DNA of 63,904 bases, counting the filler, from Stramenopiles sp. TOSAG23-6 (taxonomy: Eukaryota), in assembly GCA_900128565.1 (NCBI GenBank). It is 4 parts of 4 records of this genome, joined end to end, with 100 filler letters (N's around TTAATTAATTAA, not from the genome) between each part and the next. Parts side by side here need not be neighbours in the genome. Positions count along the whole stretch, not along the records: positions 1 to 17,462 come from LT636079.1; positions 17,563 to 34,970 come from LT636080.1; 2 more parts are not named here. One strand, given 5' to 3'. This document shows, one piece after another, positions 11,206 to 20,365 of this stretch. A program made the translations under genes and the position numbers. Within the stretch, counting starts at the first letter, position 1; every line of letters starts with the position of its first letter. Under the pieces are notes generated by a model, which did no database searches, had not been told where the DNA came from, and saw only the letters and a list, made by a program, of their open reading frames with translations.

Positions 11206-12629
11206 ATGTTACTCAAAGATCGTTTACACATAGTATTGGAGTGGCTATCATGTAAGTCAGTAGCAGCATCAACATTTAGTGTTATTATATCGTATGTATT
11301 CTGGAATTATTTTCGTCATAAAATAGCGAAAAAACGCCAAGCGATCAAAACAACGAAAGATGCCGCAGTATCAAATGAAAAGAAAGACAATCTTCTTAAG
11401 AGCAGATTTGATGCTGCTGTGAAACACGCAGGATTGATATCATCAATTTCGACAGAAGAGCAACTGCAGCTATATGCATTCTTCAAACAGTCTAAATACG
11501 GAAAGTGTACAGGCGAACGACCTGCACTATTCGAATTTCGTGCACGCGCAAAGTTTGACGCCTGGTTCGCTCTTGGAAATATGCCACAAAATGTAGCAAT
11601 GTATGTTTTATTTTTTTTCAATTTCGAGTTTTTTTTCCGTACGAAATTTCGTACCTAACGTTTTTTTTTTGAAATATTTTTCCAAAATACATGGAACTAT
11701 ATATAAAACAAATCGAAAGACTAGCTGTAAATAATAATATGAAAGATAATTTATCCAACGTAAAAGTCCCACCCAGTACTAACCCTAACCCTACTCAAAC
11801 AAAGAAACAAGGGCTAATGAAAGATAATTTATCCAACGTAAAAGTCCCACCCAGCACTAACCCTAACCCTACTCAAACAAAGAAACAAGGGGGGCTAATG
11901 GGTCCTGTTCAAAGTACGTTACAATTTGATCCGAGTACACAAGAAAATCATAACTCTAAAAAGGATATTTTTTATTATGCAAGTAATGGAGATTTATCTA
12001 CCGTAGAAAAGTTACTTGATGAAGGCGCAGATGTATGTTTTATTTTTTTTCAAATTCGAAATTGTTTTTTCATACGAAATTTTGTACCTAACGAAAAAAA
12101 TTTCAAATATTTTTCCAAAATACATATAAACGCAAAAGATGGCGATGGCGGGACAGTTCTTCATTGGTCTTGTGACCGAGGTCATGTACGTTTTCATCAT
12201 GTTTTTCATTTTTTTTTGGTACGATATTTTGTACCTAATGATTTTTTTTTATTTTTTTGTACCAAATTTTGTACTTACGAAAAAAAAATTAATTTGTTGA
12301 AGTATTCTTTCACAATGCATTTAAATCTTGTAAAATTGTGTTTGCGAAGAGGGGCTACAATTGATACAAAGGATTCTACTGGTGTCACACCACTGAGTAT
12401 GTACGTTTTCATGATGATTTTTTTTTTTTTTAGTACGAAATTCCATACCTAACGATTTTTTTGTGTGGCATATTTTTTCACCAACATGGCTTGCTGCTGT
12501 GAGCATAGTCAAGTTGCACTTTTACTAATCCAAGCTGGCGCAGATCCAACAATAAAAGACGATGAGGGAGAGTCACCAGAGGATTTTTTCAGTGAAGAAT
12601 TGAAGAGTTTGCTTAATGAAAAAAAATAA
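11206..12629 (+). CDS. Acyl-CoA-binding domain + ankyrin repeat protein, ACBD6-like, 5 exons
   Basis: ACBP motif LQLYAFFKQ...RAKFDAW...AM|ELYI. Ankyrin repeats GAD|INAKDGDGGTVLHWSCDRGH|LNLVKL...TPLSM|ACCCEH are restored by removing introns 11601-11692, 12033-12125, 12186-12320 and 12401-12487. Confidence 0.88.
11601..11692 (+). mobile_element. Introner-like intron, GT..AT (representative family member)
   Basis: AT|GTATGTTTT...CCGTACGAAATTTCGTACCTAACG...GAAATATTTTTCCAAAATACAT|G. Removal restores the ACBP segment VAMELYI. Confidence 0.85.
12033..12125 (+). mobile_element. Introner-like intron, GT..AT
   Basis: Same family motifs. Removal restores ankyrin GADINAKD. Confidence 0.85.
12186..12320 (+). 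mobile_element. Introner-like intron with duplicated core, GT..AT
   Basis: Two GTAC..ATTTTGTACYTA cores. Removal restores RGHLNLVKL. Confidence 0.8.
12401..12487 (+). mobile_element. Introner-like intron, GT..AT
   Basis: Removal restores TPLSMACC. Confidence 0.8.
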
Positions 12630-12798
12630 AATTTTAATACATAAGTAAAGAACAATATTTGTGATTTTTCGAGATACGTGTTTTACTCCTATACCACATC
12701 GATCGAGTCAGCGCGCACCATACCCACCACAAAGCCCCCCAGCGTACGTGTCCTTCGTTCTGAAACATTCAAGGAAATATCATTACCAAATATCAATT

Positions 12799-15700
12799 AT
12801 GAGACCCATTATAATACTGATTCTTATGGTTACCTGCATTATAGTTATTGCATCCAAGAAGGGGAATAAGAAGAAACAGAAGAAAAAACGGCATAAACCT
12901 CAGGTAACAAGTGGGAACAATGATGACTGGATTAGTCTCTTACAATTAGCTCAAGGTTCCACTGACTTTTACGCCTGGCTTGATGCCAGCACTAGAGAGG
13001 ACATACATCAAGTTACTAAACCGGAACCTATCCATCCAGAACCTGAATCTGCACTTGATCATCCAGAACCTGAAGGAGAAGAAATCGCTGTTTTTCTCGA
13101 TAAAAAAATTGAGCTGCCGCATGAAAATGAGTTGTCACACAGACAAAACACGACTTCACAATATACGATTCGCGTTAATGGTGACATCTTGGACTTCATC
13201 AACAATGTAGCCACAAAAGAAGCGAAGAAATCATTTTTTAAACATTTACAATATATAAGTGAAGGAGATTTTAGCCGTGGTCATGCCAACACTGTTCAAG
13301 GTCATCATGGTATGAACGCAAGAATACGTAAAGTTCGAATCGGGCAAAAGCATGGTGGTGCCAGGCTTGAGTTTGAACTTTACGACAACAACATCGTAAA
13401 TGTCACAAGATTTATACCACATCATAAGAATATTGCTAGAGCGTCGGGATCTGTCTCGAAGGACGACTCTCAAAAATATGTTGAATTAACGGAACAGGCA
13501 ATATTATCAGGTTCTGTAGGAATTATGGATGCTGCAGATGATGATCAAGCAGCAGCAGCTACACAAACGCAGAGACACTATAATTTTGTTCCGAATGGAA
13601 ACCCAATGTACTTTGAGAGACAATCCAAAAAGGACAATTATCGTGCACTTCTCGAGCTAAAGGAGGAGCAAGAGAAAATTCGTGACCACAACACAGGCAA
13701 ATTTCTGTTTCTTAATGCACCACCTGGTACTGGTAAAACTGTACTTCTTTTATCACTAATGATTGAGAGTGATAGAATGCCGGAAGTAGTAGAATTGGAG
13801 CTAGCACCAGAACTAGAACCGGAACCAGAACATATTTTACCTGCACACCTTGATCCTAGCCAAGCGTCCAAACAAATATACTTTTCGAGAAGTCTCAACC
13901 TAACCCGAGAGACTAAAAAGGAACTCATGCCGATGGAAGAGGGAATGGCTGAACGTATGATATTTGCACAAATCGATCAATCCGTTACTGGAGCCGCAGA
14001 TGAAGCTACATTTGTGACTGAAGAAATGTTTGCCAGCCGTTTTAATGAGTTTAAAAGTCTTGCAAAGGTCAATAGCAAAGAGTCGGCATTAAATGAACCT
14101 GCAAGTGTTGTGTGGGCGCATATACAACATATTATCAAAGGATCTGTGCTTGCAGCAAAGAATGGAAGAGCACTTAATCTTAAGGAGTATAAAGAGAGTG
14201 CAAAGAAAAATACGACTCAATCAGATGAAATATTGGAAAGCATTTTCAAGGTCTATGAAGTATATGAATCATACAAACGAAGTAAGGAATTTGATACACT
14301 TGGTGGCAAGGACAAACCAATTTGGCTTGACATTGGCGACTGTGTGTTGTCACATCTCGGCACGGCTACTGATGAGTTCACTCGTATATACGTAGATGAA
14401 GTGCAAGATGTAACATCGGCTATGATCTTACTATTTTTACGTCTTGTGGGGAATAATCCAAATAGGCTTACTCTTGCCGGGGATGTTGTGCAACAGCTCG
14501 TTCCTGGTGTAATGTTTCGTGTTGAAGATGTCAAGGATATTTTATACTTTGTTGAATCTGAGAATTCTTCTCGTGTAAAATTAGATGCTGAGACAAAAGA
14601 ACCAAAGACATTGAAAACTAATTATCGCAATAGTAGTGGGGTTGTGGAAATGGGTAATCATGTAAAGAATCTTCTGAGGACACAATTCAAACTTACAAAT
14701 GCAGTCGAAGATTCCGGTATTGTAACAGGTGTACCTCCTGTAATATGGGGCTATGCGCATCCACGTACATTACAGGACATGCGCACAGCTTTGGGTGATG
14801 CACCAAATGCGACACTGATCTTTCGTACCGAGGCAGAACGTCAAGTGTTTTTGAACGATCCATTATTTAGTCGTAATGGAAGTAATGCAAGCTTGCGTGG
14901 ATCATCGCCTGGCACGAATGATAATCTACAAATCAATACTGTGAGTTTGCACAATGCGAAAGGACTGGAGTATGAAAATGTGATTCTCGTAAATTTCTTT
15001 TCATCATCTGTTGAGCAGATTAAACATAGTTGGAGGCACTTACTGAATACTACTAGTGAATCAGCGGAAGACAAATTACGACGGGAAGGATATTATGATG
15101 CAATGGAATACGAGTTGAGAATACTGTATACTGCAATCTCTCGAACAAAGACTCGTTTGTTTATATTTGAGACGCAACCAATATGGGAGAAGGAGCTCAG
15201 TAAATATGTAATTGATCATTGGTTGAAGCCGTTAGCAGCAATGGGACACGTGGAACCCGAACCAGAACTAGAACCTGAAAAAACACATGATGTCACAGTT
15301 TCTGACCGAAATATTGTTACTATCCTTTCACCAGAACCATCTAGTGACCTAACTACAATATTACAGCTTGAACAACTTACTGCAACACAAAAGAGACAAA
15401 CTGCAATGAGAAATGTTCTCCTTGTGGTGCAAAGTGGCGACGACCTCGATCAATCATACAAGATGTATCTATTACAACAAGCGCAAGTCTTAGCTATGGA
15501 AGGAAATTCTCCAGACCTACAAGGTAGAATCAAGACTGTAGAGTACTGTGTGGCAGGTTTGAACGGCACATTTGAATCAAAAGCTGATACAATTTCATAT
15601 ATGATGACTTGTATTCCTGTTGGACTTACTATGTATGCTTCAAAAGCACTTATTGAGTATGGTAAGAATGCGACTTTGTCTGCAGATAAGAAAGAAATTT

Positions 15701-17430
15701 TTCGAAAAATTGCTCTTGAACTTGGTGTAAATGAATCAGCATTGGATAATTTTCAGGGTAAAACAAGCGGGCATACCTCTGTCCATAAAAGCAAGGCGAC
15801 CGGGCAAGTTGATTTAGATATTAATGCTGTTGATGTGGACGGCAACACTGCTTTAATGAGAGCAGCAATTCGTGGCATTAAACGAGATGTATATGAATTG
15901 CTACGACAAAATGCTAATGTAGACATTCAGAACAAGTCGATGGAAACTGCTTTGATTCTTGCTGCAAAAGATAACCATCGCGCGGTGGTGGATAAGCTGC
16001 TCCAAAATGGGGCAAAACTTGATATAAAAGATCACCATGGTAAAACTGCATTAGACTATGCCACTGCATTGGAAACAAGAGGAGTCCGGAATGCCATAGA
16101 GCGACAGAAGGCCAAAAATACAGTATTATCTGTACAACTCCTTGACTATGTTACGACGGGCCAAAAGGGTCGTTTGAAGACATTGTTATCAACCAATGCA
16201 TTTGATGTAAATGAAAGTTATTTTAATGATGTTAATTATGTCACATTATTGATGGTTGCTTCTCAAAATGGTCATACAGATACTGTGATTACTTTATTGG
16301 AACACGGTGCAAATGTTGAGGCAAAAGATGATAATGACTTGACGTCATTGATGGCTGCTTCCGACAATGGTCATACAGCAACTGTAATTGCTTTATTGGA
16401 ACGAGGTGCAAATATTGAAGCAAAGGATAATAATGGCGTAACTTCATTGATGACTGCTTGTTTTCGTGGCCAAACAGAAACTGTGAAAGCTTTATTGAAA
16501 CGTGGTGCAAATATTAATGCAAATTCTAATACTGGTTGGACAGCATTGATGGCTGCTTCTGATAAGGGCAATACAGCAATTGTGAATGCTTTATTGGAAC
16601 GCCGTGTAGCAATTGAAGCAAAGAATGATGCTGGATGGACGTCGTTGATGATTGCTTCTCAAAAAGGAAAAACAGAAACTGTGAATGCTTTATTGGATCG
16701 CGATGCAAATATTGAAGCAGAGGATAATATTGGGACTACATCATTGATGGCTGCTTCTGTAAATGGCGAAACAGATACTGTGATTGCTTTATTGAAACGT
16801 GGTCCAGATATTGAAGCAAAGGATCATAAGGGCTGGACATCATTAATCTGGGCTGCTTCAAAGGGCCATACAGCAACTGTGAATGCTTTATTGGAACGCC
16901 ATGCAAATACTGAAGCAAAGGCTAATGATGATTGGACACCATTGATGTTTGCTTCTGGAAATGGCTATATAGAAATTGTGAAAGCTTTATTGCTAGGCGG
17001 TGCAGACGTTCATATACCGGATAATAATGTGTTGATACCATTGACGTTTGCTTCTCAAAAGGGTCATACAGAAGTTGTTGAATTACTTCTCGCTAATGGT
17101 GCTGATGTCAATCTTGCTCAAATGGATGGAATTACCCCATTGTGGATTGCTTCAGAGGTTGGTCATGTTGGAGTAGTTCGATTACTTCTTGGTAAAGGTG
17201 CAAATGTCAATCAGCCTAAACAAAACGGAGTTACGCCATTGCTTATTTCTTCTCAAAAGGGTTTTGAGGGAGTAGTTCAACTACTTCTTGAAAAGGGTGC
17301 TGATGTCAATCATGCTGATAATTATGGAAGTACCCCATTGCTTATTGCTTCAAAGTATGGTTATGCGGAAATAATTCAACTACTTGAAGCTGCGAGTGCG
17401 ATTGCTGAAGCAGGTGAAGATGGACCATGA
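12799..17430 (+). CDS. TRANK1-like protein: N-terminal hydrophobic segment, RelE-like domain, UvrD-type SF1 helicase, long ankyrin array; intronless
   Basis: SF1 motifs APPGTGKT, IYVDEVQD, AGDVVQQ, LKTNYRNS, HNAKGLEY, LYTAISRTK. More than 15 ankyrin repeats. The first ATG is at 12799 (MRPIIILILMV); the ORF track starts earlier at a GTG. Confidence 0.85.
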   Translation: MRPIIILILMVTCIIVIASKKGNKKKQKKKRHKPQVTSGNNDDWISLLQLAQGSTDFYAWLDASTREDIHQVTKPEPIHPEPESALDHPEPEGEEIAVFLDKKIELPHENELSHRQNTTSQYTIRVNGDILDFINNVATKEAKKSFFKHLQYISEGDFSRGHANTVQGHHGMNARIRKVRIGQKHGGARLEFELYDNNIVNVTRFIPHHKNIARASGSVSKDDSQKYVELTEQAILSGSVGIMDAADDDQAAAATQTQRHYNFVPNGNPMYFERQSKKDNYRALLELKEEQEKIRDHNTGKFLFLNAPPGTGKTVLLLSLMIESDRMPEVVELELAPELEPEPEHILPAHLDPSQASKQIYFSRSLNLTRETKKELMPMEEGMAERMIFAQIDQSVTGAADEATFVTEEMFASRFNEFKSLAKVNSKESALNEPASVVWAHIQHIIKGSVLAAKNGRALNLKEYKESAKKNTTQSDEILESIFKVYEVYESYKRSKEFDTLGGKDKPIWLDIGDCVLSHLGTATDEFTRIYVDEVQDVTSAMILLFLRLVGNNPNRLTLAGDVVQQLVPGVMFRVEDVKDILYFVESENSSRVKLDAETKEPKTLKTNYRNSSGVVEMGNHVKNLLRTQFKLTNAVEDSGIVTGVPPVIWGYAHPRTLQDMRTALGDAPNATLIFRTEAERQVFLNDPLFSRNGSNASLRGSSPGTNDNLQINTVSLHNAKGLEYENVILVNFFSSSVEQIKHSWRHLLNTTSESAEDKLRREGYYDAMEYELRILYTAISRTKTRLFIFETQPIWEKELSKYVIDHWLKPLAAMGHVEPEPELEPEKTHDVTVSDRNIVTILSPEPSSDLTTILQLEQLTATQKRQTAMRNVLLVVQSGDDLDQSYKMYLLQQAQVLAMEGNSPDLQGRIKTVEYCVAGLNGTFESKADTISYMMTCIPVGLTMYASKALIEYGKNATLSADKKEIFRKIALELGVNESALDNFQGKTSGHTSVHKSKATGQVDLDINAVDVDGNTALMRAAIRGIKRDVYELLRQNANVDIQNKSMETALILAAKDNHRAVVDKLLQNGAKLDIKDHHGKTALDYATALETRGVRNAIERQKAKNTVLSVQLLDYVTTGQKGRLKTLLSTNAFDVNESYFNDVNYVTLLMVASQNGHTDTVITLLEHGANVEAKDDNDLTSLMAASDNGHTATVIALLERGANIEAKDNNGVTSLMTACFRGQTETVKALLKRGANINANSNTGWTALMAASDKGNTAIVNALLERRVAIEAKNDAGWTSLMIASQKGKTETVNALLDRDANIEAEDNIGTTSLMAASVNGETDTVIALLKRGPDIEAKDHKGWTSLIWAASKGHTATVNALLERHANTEAKANDDWTPLMFASGNGYIEIVKALLLGGADVHIPDNNVLIPLTFASQKGHTEVVELLLANGADVNLAQMDGITPLWIASEVGHVGVVRLLLGKGANVNQPKQNGVTPLLISSQKGFEGVVQLLLEKGADVNHADNYGSTPLLIASKYGYAEIIQLLEAASAIAEAGEDGP

Positions 17431-17462
17431 ATGATGAAGAAAATATTTTCAAAAGTATACAG

Positions 17463-17562
17463 NNNNNNNNNNNNNNNNNNNNNNNNNNNNNNNNNNNNNN
17501 NNNNNNTTAATTAATTAANNNNNNNNNNNNNNNNNNNNNNNNNNNNNNNNNNNNNNNNNNNN
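17463..17562. other. Artificial contig linker (N44-TTAATTAATTAA-N44)
   Basis: Six-frame stop spacer, repeated at 34971-35070 and 52369-52468. Confidence 0.98.
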
Positions 17563-18460
17563 CTCTTGTGTGGAATCACCGCTCGGTAAATCCATATTTC
17601 TGTCTAGAATAAATGATGGAATTTGTGACTGCTGTGATGGAAGTGATGAAAAATCTACCATTGGGTGCATAAATGTGTGTAGTATCGAGCAATCTGAGTT
17701 GAATGCGAAGTATTCGGGACGTCTTTCTGGATGTCAAGCAAAGCTCAAACTATTAGAATTAACTCACTCCAAGCAAGTTTTCTATGAAAAGACACAGAGA
17801 GAGACAATAGAAAAGCAATCGGAATTCAATAAACAGCTGAAATTGTTAAATTTGGAATTAAATAATCATAGAGCAATGCTGCAAGAGAGGAAACAACTAC
17901 ATGAAGAATTTCAGCTTAAAGGATCAGCTTATTTAGGTTTAGTACGTTGCTTGAAAAATAGTTCTCCAGATGAAACTTCCCACTGTTCTTTTTCTAATAT
18001 AGAAATATTGAATGTTATTAATCATATGGTTGACACAAATCCGACTGAAGTCAAACGTGTATCCGAAACTTTACTAAACTCGAATTCGATGAGGAGAATT
18101 TCAACTGATAATAAAAATAAAGAAGATTGCTCTTGTAGTAGTATTGATTATGACACCTCATTTAATCTACAATTAATTTGGAGACAATTGTCCCAAAAAC
18201 AAGAAATTCCGTCAATTGAATACATAGAAAATCAAAAAAGAGAAATTGAGGATTCAAAAAATAAATTACAACGGATTCAACGGATGTCAGAGAAAGAGTA
18301 TCTTTTAGATTTTGGTCCTGATCGTATTTGGTGGCCGTTACTCGGTAAATGCGTTGAAAAAAAAGAATATAGCGTATGTTTGATGAAATACGCAAAACAA
18401 GGTAATGAAAGTTTAGGTAGATTTTCTGGCTGGGTCGATCCAACTGAGTCAATACCCAAT
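17563..18460 (+). CDS. Glucosidase II beta subunit (PRKCSH)-like, partial
   Basis: SRINDGICDCCDGSDE, a coiled coil, then the start of an MRH domain (FGPD..W..L.GKC...YSVC...SLGRFSGW). 5'-truncated. The expected end of the MRH domain is missing after intron 18461-18552. Confidence 0.8.
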
Positions 18461-18552
18461 GTTTGTTTTATTTTTTTTCAATTTAGAATTTATTTTTCGT
18501 ACGAAAATTTGTACCTAACGATTTTTTTTTGAAATATTTTTCCAAAATACAT

Positions 18553-19374
18553 GAATTACACGAACTTATTTTGTCAAATGCAGGTTCGAATCTTGAGTGG
18601 CATCGACAACAAAGCAGTGAATATGATTTCAGTGATGGCTTTGTTGTCCCAGACGATGCCCCAATTGAAGAAGCAGAGTCAAGTTCTACAGAAAGTCCAA
18701 AACAAAACATTACTAGGACACGTTTACGGAAACGTCGTCATCGAATTCAACGTAATAACCCTAACCCTAATAACCCTACAAATACAAATTGTCTGCCGGA
18801 TTTTGATATGACGACTCCACCTAGACAGAAGTTAAAACGCTTAAAAAGAGTCACAGATACAGAGGATAATACTTTTAGTACTACGACTCGTATTAATTCA
18901 CACGTAGGAATAAGTAATAATGAAGAAGTTAAGAATTTTGACCCTAGCCCTAACCCTAAGAGTTTTGACAATCGTAAAAGCCCTAACCCTACTAAGAGTA
19001 ACAAAAGCAACGTTTGGAATGATTTTGCTTTCCGTAAAACCGCAAAAAAAGCAAACAATATTTTACATGCGTCCACCACACATCCTTGTAGTACTGACCA
19101 AAACAATAAAAAAATAAATATAATAAGTGAACAAAATAGTTCTGAAATTGAAAATTCAAAACTAGTAAAGTTTGAAAATAATAATAATGAAAATTCATGT
19201 CGAGAAAAGGCACGACTTTCAAAACATGAAATGAGACGACAAGACCTTTACTTTCAAAACATGGCGAAAGAGAGAGCAAAACAACGTCTACAAGAATTTC
19301 GTTTGTCGAGGTCTTCAGTGATACCTGAAACTCCACCTGACTATTCAAGAACAAGAAGGAGTAAATACTTTTAG
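18553..19374 (+). CDS. Terminal exon of a hypothetical low-complexity protein, probably a different gene from the upstream exon
   Basis: Open 273-codon frame after the GT..AT intron 18461-18552. No MRH residues. Contains several NPNP/SPNP telomeric inserts. Confidence 0.55.
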   Translation, partial: ELHELILSNAGSNLEWHRQQSSEYDFSDGFVVPDDAPIEEAESSSTESPKQNITRTRLRKRRHRIQRNNPNPNNPTNTNCLPDFDMTTPPRQKLKRLKRVTDTEDNTFSTTTRINSHVGISNNEEVKNFDPSPNPKSFDNRKSPNPTKSNKSNVWNDFAFRKTAKKANNILHASTTHPCSTDQNNKKINIISEQNSSEIENSKLVKFENNNNENSCREKARLSKHEMRRQDLYFQNMAKERAKQRLQEFRLSRSSVIPETPPDYSRTRRSKYF

Positions 19375-19430
19375 GGTTAGGGTTTGGGTTGAAACTCCAC
19401 CTGACTATTCAAGAACAAGAATGAGTAAAT
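19326..19430 (+). repeat. 41-bp direct duplication flanking a telomeric insert
   Basis: TGAAACTCCACCTGACTATTCAAGAACAAGAA(G/T)GAGTAAAT at 19326-19366 and 19390-19430, with TTAGGGTTAGGGTTTGGG between them. Confidence 0.9.
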
Positions 19431-19511
19431 TCATAAATGATGTAAATGATGTAAATTATGTTTAATTGATATTGTAAAGTNTTTTTTTTTTGTCTTTTTG
19501 TATGAATACAT

Positions 19512-20096
19512 TCAAAGAATTGCACATTTTCCACTCTTTTTTTTGTTAAGACTGGCTTTTACTGCTGCTGAGAAAACTTCCTTAAGTCCTTCACCAGTAA
19601 TGGAAGCACATTCAACATATTCTACAGCTCCAATTTCCTTCATTAAACTTTGAGCCTCAGCAGTCGAAATAGGTTTTTTTTTTCGATATGCCAGTGCTTC
19701 AATTGTGTCATCATCATCCCTTAGGTCCATTTTAGTACCAACAAGTATAATATTAGCCCCACTAGATTCAGAATTTATGATACTAGGAAACCATTTCTCC
19801 CGAACATTAGAGAACGAAGCTGGGCTGATAACGGAAAATGCAATAAGGAATGTATCAACTTCTTTATATGCCAATCCGCGTATATTATCATAGTCTTCTT
19901 GCCCTGCTGTGTCCCATAGGTTTAGTCTTATTCTCCCGTGTGAAGTAGTGTCAATATCAGCTGTGTAGTTATCAAATATAGTTGGTACATAATCTTCTGG
20001 AAAACTACCCTTTGTATATGATATTAACATACAGGTTTTTCCAACAGCACCGTCACCAATAGTAACGACCTTGATGCTTTTACTTGGCTCTGCCAT
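19512..20096 (-). CDS. Rho-family (Rac-like) small GTPase, intronless
   Basis: GDGAVGKT, YVPTIFDNY, LWDTAGQEDYD, GTKMDLR, ECAS, and a polybasic tail ending in CAAX (CAIL). Confidence 0.95.
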   Translation of the reverse strand: MAEPSKSIKVVTIGDGAVGKTCMLISYTKGSFPEDYVPTIFDNYTADIDTTSHGRIRLNLWDTAGQEDYDNIRGLAYKEVDTFLIAFSVISPASFSNVREKWFPSIINSESSGANIILVGTKMDLRDDDDTIEALAYRKKKPISTAEAQSLMKEIGAVEYVECASITGEGLKEVFSAAVKASLNKKKSGKCAIL

Positions 20097-20365
20097 TGTA
20101 CGTAATCCAAATAGAAATGTTGGAAAAAAACTATATAAATCTTCTTATCTCATCTCTCGCTTGGAATTTTTGGAGGAACGAACTTTGAACATTTGAAAAT
20201 TTAAATTGATGTTTCGTACACGAAATCTAGTTAATTTGTTTGACACGTGTCCCGATCATTCATTGACTTGTATGGTTGTACCACAACACTATAAATATAT
20301 ATTATAAAGTTTCAATTTTGTGAGCTTGAAATGTGTAATACAATTTGCTGACCGTTAAGAAAGCG

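Larger units (their letters stand above)
1..17462. repeat. Contig 1: full-length inverted duplication (fold-back), axis 8731/8732
   Basis: Every ORF is mirrored with coordinates summing to 17463 (e.g. 33..4802 vs 12661..17430). The axis is AAAAAA|TTTTTT inside an intron. Confidence 0.97.

Noticed and set aside
11599-11690. Reading the introns as U12-type AT-AC introns
   Set aside because: The duplicated AT allows that register, but there is no ATATCCTT or TCCTTAAC signal, several would end GC or AT, and the AG-ending family members align to the GT..NN register.
12033-12125. Ciliate-like internally eliminated sequences (DNA-level excision)
   Set aside because: The elements are oriented with the host transcript and carry donor and branch-like signals. 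Ciliate IESs are typically TA-bounded. Not formally excluded without RNA data.
17463-17562. TTAATTAATTAA palindrome in N runs (three times)
   Set aside because: Identical synthetic six-frame-stop linker between contigs; not biological.
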